Positions 13,255 through 25,500 of a stretch of DNA of 64,000 nt are shown here, one piece after another. The DNA is from Balanoglossus misakiensis. Taxonomy: Eukaryota; Animalia; Hemichordata. Every line of letters begins with the position of its first letter. Positions within the stretch are counted from its first letter, which is position 1. The stretch covers positions 1,851,910-1,915,909 of the forward strand of contig CM082589.2 in assembly GCA_040954595.2 (NCBI GenBank), given 5' to 3'. The notes below the pieces were generated by a model, which made no database searches, was not told the origin of the DNA, and saw nothing but the letters and a program-made list of their open reading frames with translations. The position numbers were made by a program, and so were the translations under genes.

Positions 13255-14946
13255 GTAAGGTCACTTGAATTGAATGTCTTGTTCTTGGCCGGCTGTTATG
13301 TTGTTTGCTCTTTATCACAGGAAATTCACTTGGCTGTGTTCTGAGATACGGGACTCCTCTTTGCCAAGATGGTAGAAACGCTGTGAAATTCCACAGTTTT
13401 GGATACATGATAGTCTCGTTGCTTTGTGTGGCTTCGGTTGATATATTCACAAATGATTGGATCCATGTGTGGATGGATATTACATGTAATGACCTCTAAG
13501 GTTCCACCGCCACATGTGACCTCCAAGAATGTGCTTGGCTGGATCAGTTCCTTCTGCTGTGAAAATTTACTCAAATCTGTATCCTGTTGATTAGCTTGTT
13601 CTCTGATATGAAATTAAATTGTCTCCTATCAGTCCTTGTTTATCAGCGTCCGGAACTACATGAAATAAGATTAAATTTAGTTCGAAAAAGTCAACCTGCA
13701 GACATTATGAAACAATTCTGTTTCCTACCCACAGCTCCTGGTAGCTTCTCAAGAAATTATATTATCATGACATAAAAATAATCACTGTAATCAGTTCTGA
13801 CATCAATAATATCCCGTTTAACCCATACACCCCTATTTCCATATATTGTCCCGACTCCAATTATTAAAAAACCTACTTAGTCATACCAACTCAGAGTCAG
13901 AGGTGGGTAGGTTAACACCAGAGGTACTCCATTTTACTTGGCTTGAAAATACACGTAGAATTAAAATTGTCATAGTCAGACGTGTTAGTAAAAAAATGTG
14001 CCAGCTGATGAAAGGTTATAATATTTTCTTAAATTATTTATACTGTCTGCAAATTTATCAGTAGTCAAGGTTACAGTGTTGAATATTCCAGTAGCTTAAT
14101 AAACTCAATGCCAACTTAATCAAAATTGTCAATACCAGGTCTCCTGTGGAATTATCAGTTAATTGAACATATTCAAAGCTTGGTTGAAATGCAATTTTAA
14201 AAAGTAATCTTCTTATATAATTGAATTCTTTCTTGATTTTAATATAACAGAGTGCTAAAAGCAAGTTTTTACAGAGTATACATTTCTTAGATAAAAATCT
14301 CACCTATGCACCATGTTCTATACTTGATGTCACCATAGCAACTAATGGATATCATGGTTTGTCAATAGACATTCTGAAAATATCACATTTTGACAAAACA
14401 TGTGTAATTCTATGTTAAATTTGAAGCACTCATATTAATATAATAATTTATTTCATCTCAATTATTGTGAAGTTTTTGCCATGTCATTGTTAGAACTTCA
14501 ATCATTCAGCACATGTATGCTTGATCTAAGCAACAATACATACCAGTGTATTTCTCTGAATAAGATTTTTTCATACCAGCCTGAAAGAAGCCCGTGAGAC
14601 AGTTATGTTGGATGTCAAAGGTGAAATCACATACAAACAGGAGTTGAACAGGCTTGAAGTGTCTGGTATATTGCTCTAGTGATTCATGGCTGTGTTGGTG
14701 TATTGTGTTGGTGGCTAAAAAAGTTGTCTTCTCCTTAGTGACATTGTGGTGTACTATTACCTTGCAAGAAGGTATTTGTGAAGCACTTTGTGCATCAGAA
14801 GAGGCTAGAGAATTCCTGAATATAATACTTTTAAGGGACTGTGTTGAAACCACAGTCGTTCCTGAAGAAGACATGCAAATGCTGTCATATTCTGTATGAA
14901 AATACATGTACTTTAATTTGTAGTAAAGTAAATACATAAGTATAGT

Positions 14947-14985
14947 CAGACAGACTGACAGACAAACATACATACATACATACAT
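14947..14985. repeat. Imperfect (CAGA)n/(CATA)n tetranucleotide microsatellite
   Basis: cagacagactgacagacaaacatacatacatacataca read directly. Confidence 0.75.
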
Positions 14986-15203
14986 TGCAGATATATACAT
15001 GTACAAGCACACACAATATCTACATGCATTGATACATAGAATCGAACACACACATGCATGCACATAGTCATATAAAAGAACCCATTTCCACCCAAGTGAT
15101 AATCACTCATGTGATTAACCAATGACAACCGTTCCTTTCAAACCTCACCAGGTGTGTTTGTCCAAGACATTGACCATACATGTATTCCTCTTATTAATTA
15201 CAG

Positions 15204-15388
15204 TGCCACAGCCCCCAACTCTACTTTCTCAACACAAGAGTTCCTCTCATCGTACAGTCATCCCAATGAAGTCAACCGGCATTTGTCAACGGAAGACTTC
15301 CGGAATCTAGAAAGGAGGATAGAACGAGAGAGGGAAAGACGCACAAATAATGAGACCTCAGGAACTAATAGTAGAATTGAAGGAAAAG
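15204..15388 (+). CDS. Internal exon (ATAPNSTFSTQEFLSSYSHPNEVNRHLSTEDFRNLERRIERERERRTNNETSGTNSRIEGK)
   Basis: Acceptor ttaattacag| and donor AAG|GTAACG; lies within ORF 15154..15468. Phase 2 in, phase 1 out, in frame with the 16573 exon. Confidence 0.75.
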
Positions 15389-16572
15389 GTAACGTATTGA
15401 AATCTGTCTTTGGTTTTGTAACAATTTCTTTTTCAAATCTATGTGGGATGGATTCTGATGACACTTGAAAACACCCTAAGTTCAAAAAAAAGTATTTCAT
15501 CAGTAATTGTCATTTACCTGAGGAAAACTTGATTTCTCCCCTAACTTCTTGAAAAGTCTGTGGGTAGTACATATTTTCTAACCTGGGTATGTGTTGTACT
15601 GCATTAAAATTTACTTCACTTACAAGAGTGTTGTCTGGTACTTCGTGTGTTCTACCCTAACTCAATATTCAAACAAAACATATCATACAAAGAAGGCAGT
15701 AAATTTGGGTGGAAAACCCTATTTTAATTATTATTTAGACTTTTTTTGTTTCCTTCCTTTATGAGACTGACTTCCAATGCACAACCAGACAGTGCTTTTG
15801 TCTTTTATTTTTACCTTCAATCACATCTTCTGGTCGACCCATTGAACAAATCCATTAAATCCGGTATAGTAAATTATTATTTTGATGTGGAAGTCCAATT
15901 TTAAGTATCTTTTTTCTCAGGTATTGCAAAGAGGATGGTTTTGCCACCATTACTGCCTTCTTACAATGGTGTTTTTCATCAAATGGCAGGTATACACTGC
16001 AACTTACCCGGCACAACAAATTCCTGTTTTTATTTCTTTCGTCTTTCGAAATTTTGTCTGCAATTACTGCCTGGTTTGTTGCATGGAGGATTACACTGTG
16101 TGCTGTGAACAGATTTCATTCCTGAACGCACGCACCCCTAATGTTTCTTTGTGATGGAACTGTCCCATTGTTTGTGAGGCTGTTATACTCAGAGAGAGGG
16201 GCGAAACAAGTCTGTTTCATTGTCAATTTAGTAAATGTATTTTATAGTAATGCCAAGATAATGTGAGTCTCTCTTCCTTTACCACAAAGGAGCTAGTTTA
16301 CATTCTCATCCAATATTTCAAATATTTTCCAAGTGATAAGTGCTTGTTGTTGAATTCAGAATGGAAAAGCTCAGATTTGTGTTTAGATGTGTTCATATGA
16401 ATTGTCATGGGTGCATGTAAAAGCACAGGAGTGTCTGTTTTATTCACACTTTCATCTGAGTCTTACAGGTTATGCATTTTCGTCAAAGACAGGTGATTCC
16501 CTTCAGGGTGAAAATGTTATGTTTATTGTGAACTTTGACTTCTGACATCATCATAATTTTTTCCTCTCATAG

Positions 16573-16902
16573 GTCATCGTGACGAAAGCTCACCAGTGGA
16601 AATGTCTCGTAAGAATTATTTCCGGCCAATGGGCAGGAACAACTACTTCTCACGGGAGACTTCAGTGGGCAGCTCGCGAATCAACGGATCTCACCCGGAC
16701 AACCTAGTTGCCATGGGAACACTTGCAATATCGCCTTCTCCAAGAGGAGGAGGAAGTACTTGTATTAGTTACAGCGATGGCAGTAGCGGGTCGCAAAAAG
16801 ACTGTTTTAATACCCGGCTGCGATCGCCGCCACCCAGGACGAAAGGAAGATCAGTGATGTCATCGTCTATGTCACCGATGGCGCCAGATAGAAGTTTGAA
16901 AA
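16573..16902 (+). CDS. Internal Ser/Arg/Pro-rich exon (GHRDESSPVEMSRK...APDRSLK)
   Basis: Acceptor ttttttcctctcatag| and donor AAA|GTAAGT. Overlaps ORF 16596..16910, is GC-richer than its flanks, and is phase 1 in and out. Confidence 0.8.
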
Positions 16903-16933
16903 GTAAGTGAATGTGTGAGAGTCAGTATTATAT

Positions 16934-17029
16934 ATTATTACCTGAGTACACAGGTTTATGGGCCCCAACAGGAGGGCAAATATGGTCTCCTGTCGCGAGG
17001 GCACATAAACCATATATTCAGGCAATAAT
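16934..17029. repeat. About 96-nt imperfect palindrome/hairpin in the last intron (MITE-like or pre-miRNA-like)
   Basis: Arm attattacctgagtacacaggtttatgggccc pairs imperfectly with gggcacataaaccatatattcaggcaataat; inner stem acaggag/ctcctgt. Confidence 0.7.
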
Positions 17030-17224
17030 GGCTGGTTTCATTGGACCAGGTAGTGTTGACAACCAGTCAATATCACGTTCACCAGCCAGCTGTATTCCCA
17101 GATGTTGCCTATTTGAATCAATGCATTGATTTTGCACTCACAGTTGCCTTGATTCATCCAATCAGTATGTAAGAATGCAACGTATCTTTCTGAATTTGCC
17201 TTTTCTACTTTTTTTTTCTTTCAG

Positions 17225-17370
17225 TGGCCAAATACATAGATCCTGTTGGTGGTGCGCCACCGTGCTTTACTCAAAGACTTGCAGAACTCTCCTCACTAGA
17301 ATGTGAAACAATACGATATGAACGGACTAGGAAATTAAAAAGACAGTCGAAACAAGCAAAACAAGATTAA
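17225..17370 (+). CDS. Terminal coding exon (MAKYIDPVGGAPPCFTQRLAELSSLECETIRYERTRKLKRQSKQAKQD*)
   Basis: Long polypyrimidine tract plus tttcag| acceptor; phase 1 joins the previous exon (A|TG); TAA at 17368-17370. The peptide looks like a conserved helical C-terminal motif, but I cannot name the family. Confidence 0.8.
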
Positions 17371-17935
17371 ACGAACAATGAAACAGTACTTGAATAATTA
17401 TTAAGAATGGTGTTCCTGCATCAGGATAGAAAAAAAATGTTTATCAGCCAAGAATTATCTGCTTTAGTTGTGTTCGACGAAGAAAACCGTCCATGGATCT
17501 GTTTTTAAGCAATGAACCTTCTGAAAGAAAACAATAGCAGTCTCAAGAATCTGAAAAGTACAGAGGCAGTGTTCTATGGTGTGTGCGCCATGCTTCTTCA
17601 AGAGATGTTTAGTGTCAAGCTGAGAAAGATTCTACAGTAATGCAGTAAGCATTTCGATGGAACACAACTCTTATTTGGGGATTACAACACTTTGTCGCAG
17701 GGGTGAGCTTTAAGATGGAATGCTTCACTGCAGTGGAGGGGAGGCAGCTTTCCTGCGGAACTCTGAAGCTGATCAGCTGAAGTTGTACAGGAGGAATCAC
17801 TGACAGTTACTAGCAGCTACCAACAAAACTCTCACAATGTCACAGAAAAGGCATTATGGCTGCTTTTCTTTAAATGATATTCAGCCAATCTGTTGAAAAC
17901 ATAGCAGTATACTGCAAGGGTATGGATAGAGAATA

Positions 17936-18001
17936 AGAATAGACAGAATAGACAACAAGAATAGACAGAATAGACAACAAGAATAGACAGAATAGACAAC
18001 A
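17936..18001. repeat. Minisatellite, 3 x 22 bp AGAATAGACAGAATAGACAACA
   Basis: Three consecutive copies read directly. Confidence 0.9.
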
Positions 18002-19094
18002 TGAATAGATGAGAAGGTCACTGGTATATTTGAATAGTAATAACAAATTTCAGATGTGCTGTTTCACAGGTGAGTCCTTGACAAATCAACTGTCGGCTTT
18101 TCAAGTTCAAGTGAAATGAACCAATCAGTGAGCACATGCATTGAAAACACACACTGATTGGTCAGTAGACTTGAAATTATGGACCTAACCAGGTATTCCT
18201 CTACTTTAATCATTCTGAGGCTCTGGATTATCATCTCAAAGTAATCTTATTAAAAAATAAGCATTGGTCTGTTTTTAACCCCTTTCTGCTGCAAGTTTAA
18301 TCTGCAGCTGATTTGACCAGCTGAAGTATTTCCAACGTTCAACTTTTTTTCCAGAATATTTTTTATCTATTCTGGACTAGCTTGATGCCAATTATTTATT
18401 TGTTTCAAGTCCTATTGCCCAACGGTTGAGTTGAATGCATCATTTCATAGATCTGTCTAGTGCAAAAACCAAGACATTCTGTGTTTTGTGGGTAGCAATC
18501 TTGTCCACATTGAGTTTTTGCAGCTATTCCTTAATTTTCAAAGGTACAAGTTCTCTATCAGTCATTCTGACCAAGAAAGTACCATTACCAAAGCAGTGTT
18601 GTTTTGTTTGTATACTGAAATCTTCAACAAAACTTTGACTTGAAAAATGTTCAATTGAAATATCATTCAACCCAAACATAAATAACTGACTTTTTGAATT
18701 TTGTCAAAAGAGGAGAAATTTACAAATTTTGAACGGCTGTCAAAGCCAGTTTATTTGCTGCTCCGACAAGTTGGACTTTCTGTGTTACATTTACTTGGAG
18801 CAGTGTATATATATTTCAATTTCAATTTCATCGCATTAAATCTGTGTTAAGAACCACATGGAGCCCCATCACTGCTGAAGTATGGCTGGCTTTGTGGCCA
18901 GGAGATTTTCTCATTCAATTTATTGTTCATATCTTTTCAATTGTTGTTCCTTTGGAACATTGTACAGTAATTGACAGAAGACAGATGTTAAATATAGAAA
19001 ATGAAAACTTCTATATCATCATCAGCAAGCGTCTTTATTTTCAAGAAAGAGACATTTTCTTTCACAATGTGAGTATGTCTATGTGTATGTGTGC

Positions 19095-19200
19095 CTGTCT
19101 CTCTTTCTTTCTTTCTGTCTTTCTGTTTGTCTGTCTGTCTGTGCCAATGTTATTTTCCTTGTTACAGTTTGTGTCTGTATTTCTCTGTCCTTGTCTGTCT
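19095..19200. repeat. Degenerate (TCTG/TCTT)n simple repeat
   Basis: ctgtctctctttctttctttctgtctttctgtttgtctgtctgtctgtg and continuing. Confidence 0.7.
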
Positions 19201-19513
19201 ATGTGTTCGACCACAAGGCTTCTATCTCCACTCTGCCCCAGGCAAATTGCATTTGCAATCAAATCTTGATTGTGTGACTGATCTTGATCGATCACTAGTC
19301 GACTATCATATTACCTGGATACTCAAAACTGCTACTGCTGTGCAGTGCGTGGCGAACATACAGATTTTTTTCAAGAGAACGTGTTTCTGAATTGATCTCT
19401 AAAGGGTATAGCAATCATTTTCAACACTTGATGTAAATGAGAAATAATAATTGCTACCGTTTCTGTGAACACTCACAACATTTTCACAGCATGGGGCGCT
19501 TTCAACAACGATG

Positions 19514-19527
19514 GTTGCCATAGTAAC
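19514..19527. promoter_or_regulatory. Near-perfect RFX X-box
   Basis: GTTGCCATAGTAAC matches the RFX consensus GTTRCCATRGYAAC. Confidence 0.5.
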
Positions 19528-22500
19528 ATTCGCTCCCCACCGATTGCAGCAACAAACTAGCTCAGGTGATCACCAACGGCAAATTAGACCCAACTACTTT
19601 CTACTGGGTGTGCCAAGTAACCCGGGGAAACGAAACAAAGTGTATTTGTAACAGCGAGTATAAATTGGATACAGTCTCTCTGAACAAACGATTTTCACTT
19701 AATTTTTGATGGAAATGGGATAATGATGGTATTATAAACCTAGTTTAGTATTTGATAAGCTGTATATATTTAATGGTTTTGGCTGATTAGACATGGTATC
19801 CCACAGACAAAAAGCACACATATTGAAGGAGAACCAGTCTGTCTAAATCAGGAGGAATAAACTTAAGAGGCTTAGCCACAAGTAAAGCTTACAAGATGCT
19901 CAGCCCTAGGAAAGGCCCTAAATATCGCCCTCTAAACAACTCAATGACTCCTCTTTCGTTTAAGGTAGGGAACTGTCATTTTCCTGATGTTTATATATAT
20001 TGTATGTCAATTTATTAATGCCTTATTAAATTATAGATAACTGTTTAATTTACTTGCTTGTGTTCAAACCTTCGCCTAATGCCGTGATTTAAGAACCCCA
20101 GCTTGTCGTAGGTTGGATACAGACAAAAATATGGCCCTGAACACTGTCAACAATTCATCAACTTTCTGTTCCATATACTCATGGTGTGCTCTTAGTAGCA
20201 TACGGTGCCAAATTAACCAGACGGTCTTCTGTATACACAACCAGGGGGTAGGTCGACTGTCAAACTCAAATATGGATGTGCTTCTCAAAATTTGCACTTT
20301 CAGAGTAAACTTACATCTGTAGCCTTAAACAGGCTGGTTTCCCTCTTTTTGTTGTTATTGCTTCCCCGTCGTTGAATTCGAATTTTACAATAATGAACAC
20401 TTTTAAGCGGAAAAAAATCAAACCACGCGTTGTCTATTTCATTGTGAAATTGATACTCCAATTATAATACGCTAGAAGTAACTTCGAAGGAATCTCAATA
20501 TCTATTGTTCACATTGAGAGTAATATCCATATGCCAGTCAGGGTTGTCCGGGAAAATGGTCGATTAATTCCCATACGGTGTTCTCCCAAAGAACGGAGTC
20601 AGAATTCACAGAAAGAGAGTGTTACGAACAGTGTTTATTGAGATGTGAAATCATAAACATTGGTAGAATTTACATTGCATTAAACTATCATGGTGATATC
20701 GATGATGCCCTCGTCATCACTTGCACCAACCTGAAAGCAGGCAAGGCCCGAGTGGCATTCAATATCTGAACAATTGCACTGTCTAGTTTGCAACACAACA
20801 CCACCTGGTGTGAAACCTGACCAATCATGAAGCACACACGTACACTGCTTTCCTTTCGGCCAATTAACGCTTACAGTTGTGTAAAGGGTTTTCCCATTGG
20901 TCGAGAGTGACCACGTGCAATTTATGGTCTCACCAGGTGCATTCGAGTCAACGTGCACTTTCACGGTGAAAGCATCGTGTTTGAAGATGGCGATGGCGTG
21001 TTCATGAAACAAATCGCTGTAAGAAGTGAAGCAGGCTGACGAGGACGACTGACTATTCCAGGATTTTTGAAGAACTTCCCGGAGGAAATTTGCAGATTGA
21101 ACTGTATGTCGAAAGAAGCTGCCAATCCTTCAAGTTTTCAGAAGACTGAACAAGTAAGCACACACACAAATTATTTCCCCCCTGAGATTGGATCATTGGC
21201 TAACGTGTAGCACAGTAGCCTGATATATCAGGTCACTGTGTTATCACGCTATCACGAATGTAATGATACAGTTTTCAATACTGTTTTGGGTTTGAAGTTC
21301 ATGTGAATCTCGAACCCTGTGGTGGCGTTCTTCTTGCCTCGCAACGTTGTTGATTCGACGGAGTGCAATCGCGTGCCAAGCAAACGACGTTGTCATAACA
21401 TTGACCTAAAATACACATGAAAATGCAAGGGCAGAAGAAATGCAATTTGGCAGCGTTCAGACATATCATTCGTTTTTATGTAGCCCTCGCAGGCTATAGC
21501 TATGACCCCATCAATCGCGAAGGCCCCAGGTTCATTCAAATTCCACGTACCATTCATTCTCCCTTCATCTTTGAAGTTGATGTTTGCCATGCGTGTGGGT
21601 AGGACAATAAAAACGAAAAGCCATTTAATTCATGTCATTTATGGAATTCAATTAACTTACTTAGATAAGACCTAGATAAGACCAGTCCTATATAATTTCT
21701 GTCAAGACATCGGACATTATTCAAAAACTCTCATTTCGCAGTCACGCTATGTCTTGCATAAACGGTACTTCCATATTAGTTTTCCCAGAATCATGCAGTA
21801 AATCTTATGCTATATAAGTTAAGCATGTTTTCTTCTTAGAACATTGTTTCCTCGATTTATCCGAACCATCGCATTTTGGTAAATTACCATTCACCTTTCG
21901 GGGTCTGACGTCATCTTTTACGTTGTACACGTAGTGTATGTAGTGTGAATGTTATCCAGTGATTGACAAACTAAGACAAAATGAAACAGTTCGGCCACAC
22001 ATATTGGCCAAGTCGTATATCCGGTTTTTGACCAGAAAGCAAGCATTCTGTTTTCTCGTTTGCAACATCATGCACACAGTTTAACCTTGTGGGTTGTGTA
22101 AGAAGTGCCACCTATAGTGTTAAATTAATGGATAATTTGTCCTCGGTTTCAAGGTTGAAGAGGCTGAGCCGCCGTTGTTTTTCCTGACAGGAAAATCCCT
22201 GGACAAGCTTTCTTACCGCTTAAACTATCAAAAGACTTGTTCAATCGTCAAGTTTTTGTTTAGTTATCGTGACTGTCAGACATGTACATGTATATGAATG
22301 TGGTGCATGTTTTTGTTTTTGACGTATGCGCTTTGGTGTCGCATCCGCTGTCAAACGGCTAACGTCAGGCAGTTGTCAGTAAATACTACAGGGGGGGGGG
22401 GGCAAGAAATTGCGGGTTGTATCTAGTAGTGTTACGCGGCCCAACCTAGTCTTCCATGATTTATATCATACATGTAAAAGCTTCCACCACTGTGCCAACC

Positions 22501-25500
22501 CCAGTTTCTCATTCCACTCCTCGTGATTTTGAAATTCGGTCTCAGCGATTAACACAGATTGCTTACGTCTGGCATGACATTTCAGTTATGTCAAGTCAGG
22601 ACTACCTCAATCAACAACAACATTAGTATGTATACATATACAAGCAGTGTACCCTTGAAATGTTCGGCTTACATAATGTTCACTTCTGCTGGCTTTAAGA
22701 CTAGTGTCCTTGGTTTAGGGAAAGAAGTGAGGGATAACAACTACAGTATTCATTCACGACCCGGGGTGAACGCCCTATCGCGATGGCAACAAGTTTAAGC
22801 TCATTTAAAAGGGATAAGCTTATTATATTTAGCTTGTTTGAAGCCATCGTCATGCCCAGGTCACTGATCACTTTTGTAAGGTTTTCTCAATGCGTACAAT
22901 GTCCCTCCCACGAAGTACGTCTGCAGTAAACATCGGATTCTGTTGTTGTTTGCCTGTGTTGTCAAAGTTGTTGTTGTTGTTGTTGTTTGCTATGCTGTGA
23001 CATTGAACCTTATCCTACTCGGGCCTGGCGGATGGTATCTTAATTCGACTGGTTGTACAACACCAGGGCAGACAGGAAAGATAGTCCCTCGACTCGTTAT
23101 CTGTTTTCCCTTCCATCGGTTTCCAATGCCAATGAGACACACCCGATGGAACTGTCAACAAAAGCTTTAGCCTTTATCTTCCCAACCACATGACCGCTAT
23201 CTTCGGGAGTTTTTTTCTCTCTCCAGTTTTGCGTGACAGGAAGATGCCACTAGAGAAAGAATGCTTTCGTTCTACTGTGTGACATCACAAGCGTAGTAAC
23301 CATGTGTGTAGGATTCGGTCTTCTTGTGAACGTCCACACCTGATGACCTTCGTTATACACGGTTGGTGACCCGTATGTTGTATCCATGGCAACCGTCTAT
23401 AAGCTGGTCTCTTACAGGCTGACAATCATTCGCTCGCGCCCCTGAACGCACTCAGTCGTTGACAGGTCTCGGAATCGAAGGAATTCAAACGCAGTGCCCG
23501 TGTACTACGAGTTTTGTATCACCAAAGTGATGTTTTAGGGTGAATTCTATCGTACTATAGACAAGGGGGTCTTGACACGCAGGTAAACACGTTATCACGA
23601 TGACCGTAACTGATGGCACGCCGAAATTCAAATATTTGTTGGAAACTGATGGGAGTGTTGCCACATGTTCACACAACACAATCAGTTATCAGTTTAGTCG
23701 AGAACAATTCTTGTCTCTGTCGGTGACTGGTGCAAAATGCTTTGAAACTCGGGGTACGATCAGCAAAATAACATCTTAGTGCCGTTTGTAAAACCCGCAC
23801 TGCTGTTGTTGTTGTGTTTGTTGTTTGTTTGCTTGTTTTTGTTGTTGACATAAAGGCATCATGTTTTAGTTGGTTGTATTCAGCCGAAGAGATGTAATGC
23901 AGGATATCCTCAATGTTTACACATTTGAGAACACCAGGTGTATGTACTTTGGTCGCTGGCAAATTTATCAAGATCACTATCACTAACATTATATCTTGAA
24001 GATTCAATCATATTTACCAGAAGTTCATAGAGTCATTAGATATCTTTCCCAGTGTTATCGATTTTAAATCATAAAGCATAACTACCAGACGTACCATTTC
24101 CCCCCAAATCAAACACTTGTCTAAATTTGATTTATATATAATCTCCGAAATTATCTAATTGGCTATTTTTATATTTGACGATCAATTTTCTTCTGAGTTC
24201 GCTGACAGTACATAGGGAGCATATATTTTGGTCTACACTGTAGCTGAGCTTTTCGCGAATTGAACAAAGTTAACTGTGCTCCTTTGGAACGCGGAGGAAA
24301 ACAGGATATGGTCATGTCGGGTTACAAAGAATGTGGGTCAGTAACAGCAAACGACCAGATGCAAAGCTGGTGTCGCCGTAACCCACAGCGACGAGGGTAA
24401 GATAGCTGTAAATATCAATGGACTTGATTCAGTCGAGCAATAAGAGTGACGTACACAACTGGTCAATGTTCAATATGAACCCGGTGTAACCAAAAGACTA
24501 AACCTAGTGGGCGAGTCATTCAGTTCGCAAAACCACCAAGATTTTTTCGCAACCGCGAAATAATAGTGAGCATTGACCCTATACGTATGCCCTTTTACTC
24601 AAGAAATTCAGTTATGAAGAAATGCAATGAGAACGCAGGGGATTCCAAACAAAGGTTTCCCCCAGACTTTATTCTTCGTGGCATAATAATAAAACAGCAA
24701 ACTACAAATACATTACCGTCAGTTTTTCCTTTTTTCCGGACGATCTGAAACGAGTAGAGGTCAACAGGGGGCCTTTCATTATAGACAGTCGACAACGCTT
24801 CTGCACAGTTGGTGCGGTTCTCGTAAATTGTTCATTAAATTCAACATGCGAGTGCAGCATGGCGAATAGTTTGATTTTTTATAGCGGGATTTTGTAATAA
24901 GTGTGATTAATTGAATCGGGTCAGTGTGATAAATCGCAGCGGGCAACTTATCAAAATGCAAAGCGATAACATACTTTTGCTGTGTTTGTCCTTTGGTACT
25001 AAAGGAGATCTTATTATCGTGTCATTTGCTGCACTCGTGGCACATCGAACTTGATCCAAGGGGATCACGTGCTTATCTGTCAGTCGGTTCCTATAGTCCT
25101 GCACGCGCTCGGTGACGTTTGACACCTGCAGTAGACCATTTTGTTGAATTGTACGAGACCCTCCGAGGTCTCGCGTGGGTAGTCGGTTTATATGAGAGGA
25201 CATTCACATGTGACAAAGGACAGGACAAAATAATACTTTGTGCTAAACGGCACAGAAGTTTGTCTGCACGTTTTCTAGTTTCATACAAAGCTTGACTGGT
25301 TGCTATGATAAAATCACTGAAAAGAGTCATCAGAAAGAAAAAACAATACAAAAACCAGCGATGAATATTGCGTCATGCGTGCTGATTATTATTGTCACTG
25401 ATTTTCAGGTTAATACGAGAATACCGCGAGAATTTGCGAGAGCAGGGTTCTTACTCATCACCTCGTGACAAACCTTAGTCATCCTTACATCACGATGACA

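Noticed and set aside
14506-15063. 185-aa - strand ORF
   Set aside because: Its N-terminal part is microsatellite-derived, it lies antisense in an intron and shows no domain.
17936-18001. Repeat array as a possible CRISPR
   Set aside because: Head-to-tail units with no spacers, in eukaryotic context.
18277-18760. Possible non-autonomous DNA transposon starting TTAACCC, with similar-looking AT-rich tracts near 49.7-50.3 kb and 61.5-61.8 kb
   Set aside because: I could not find a matching terminal inverted repeat or target-site duplication, so it cannot be supported without a repeat library.
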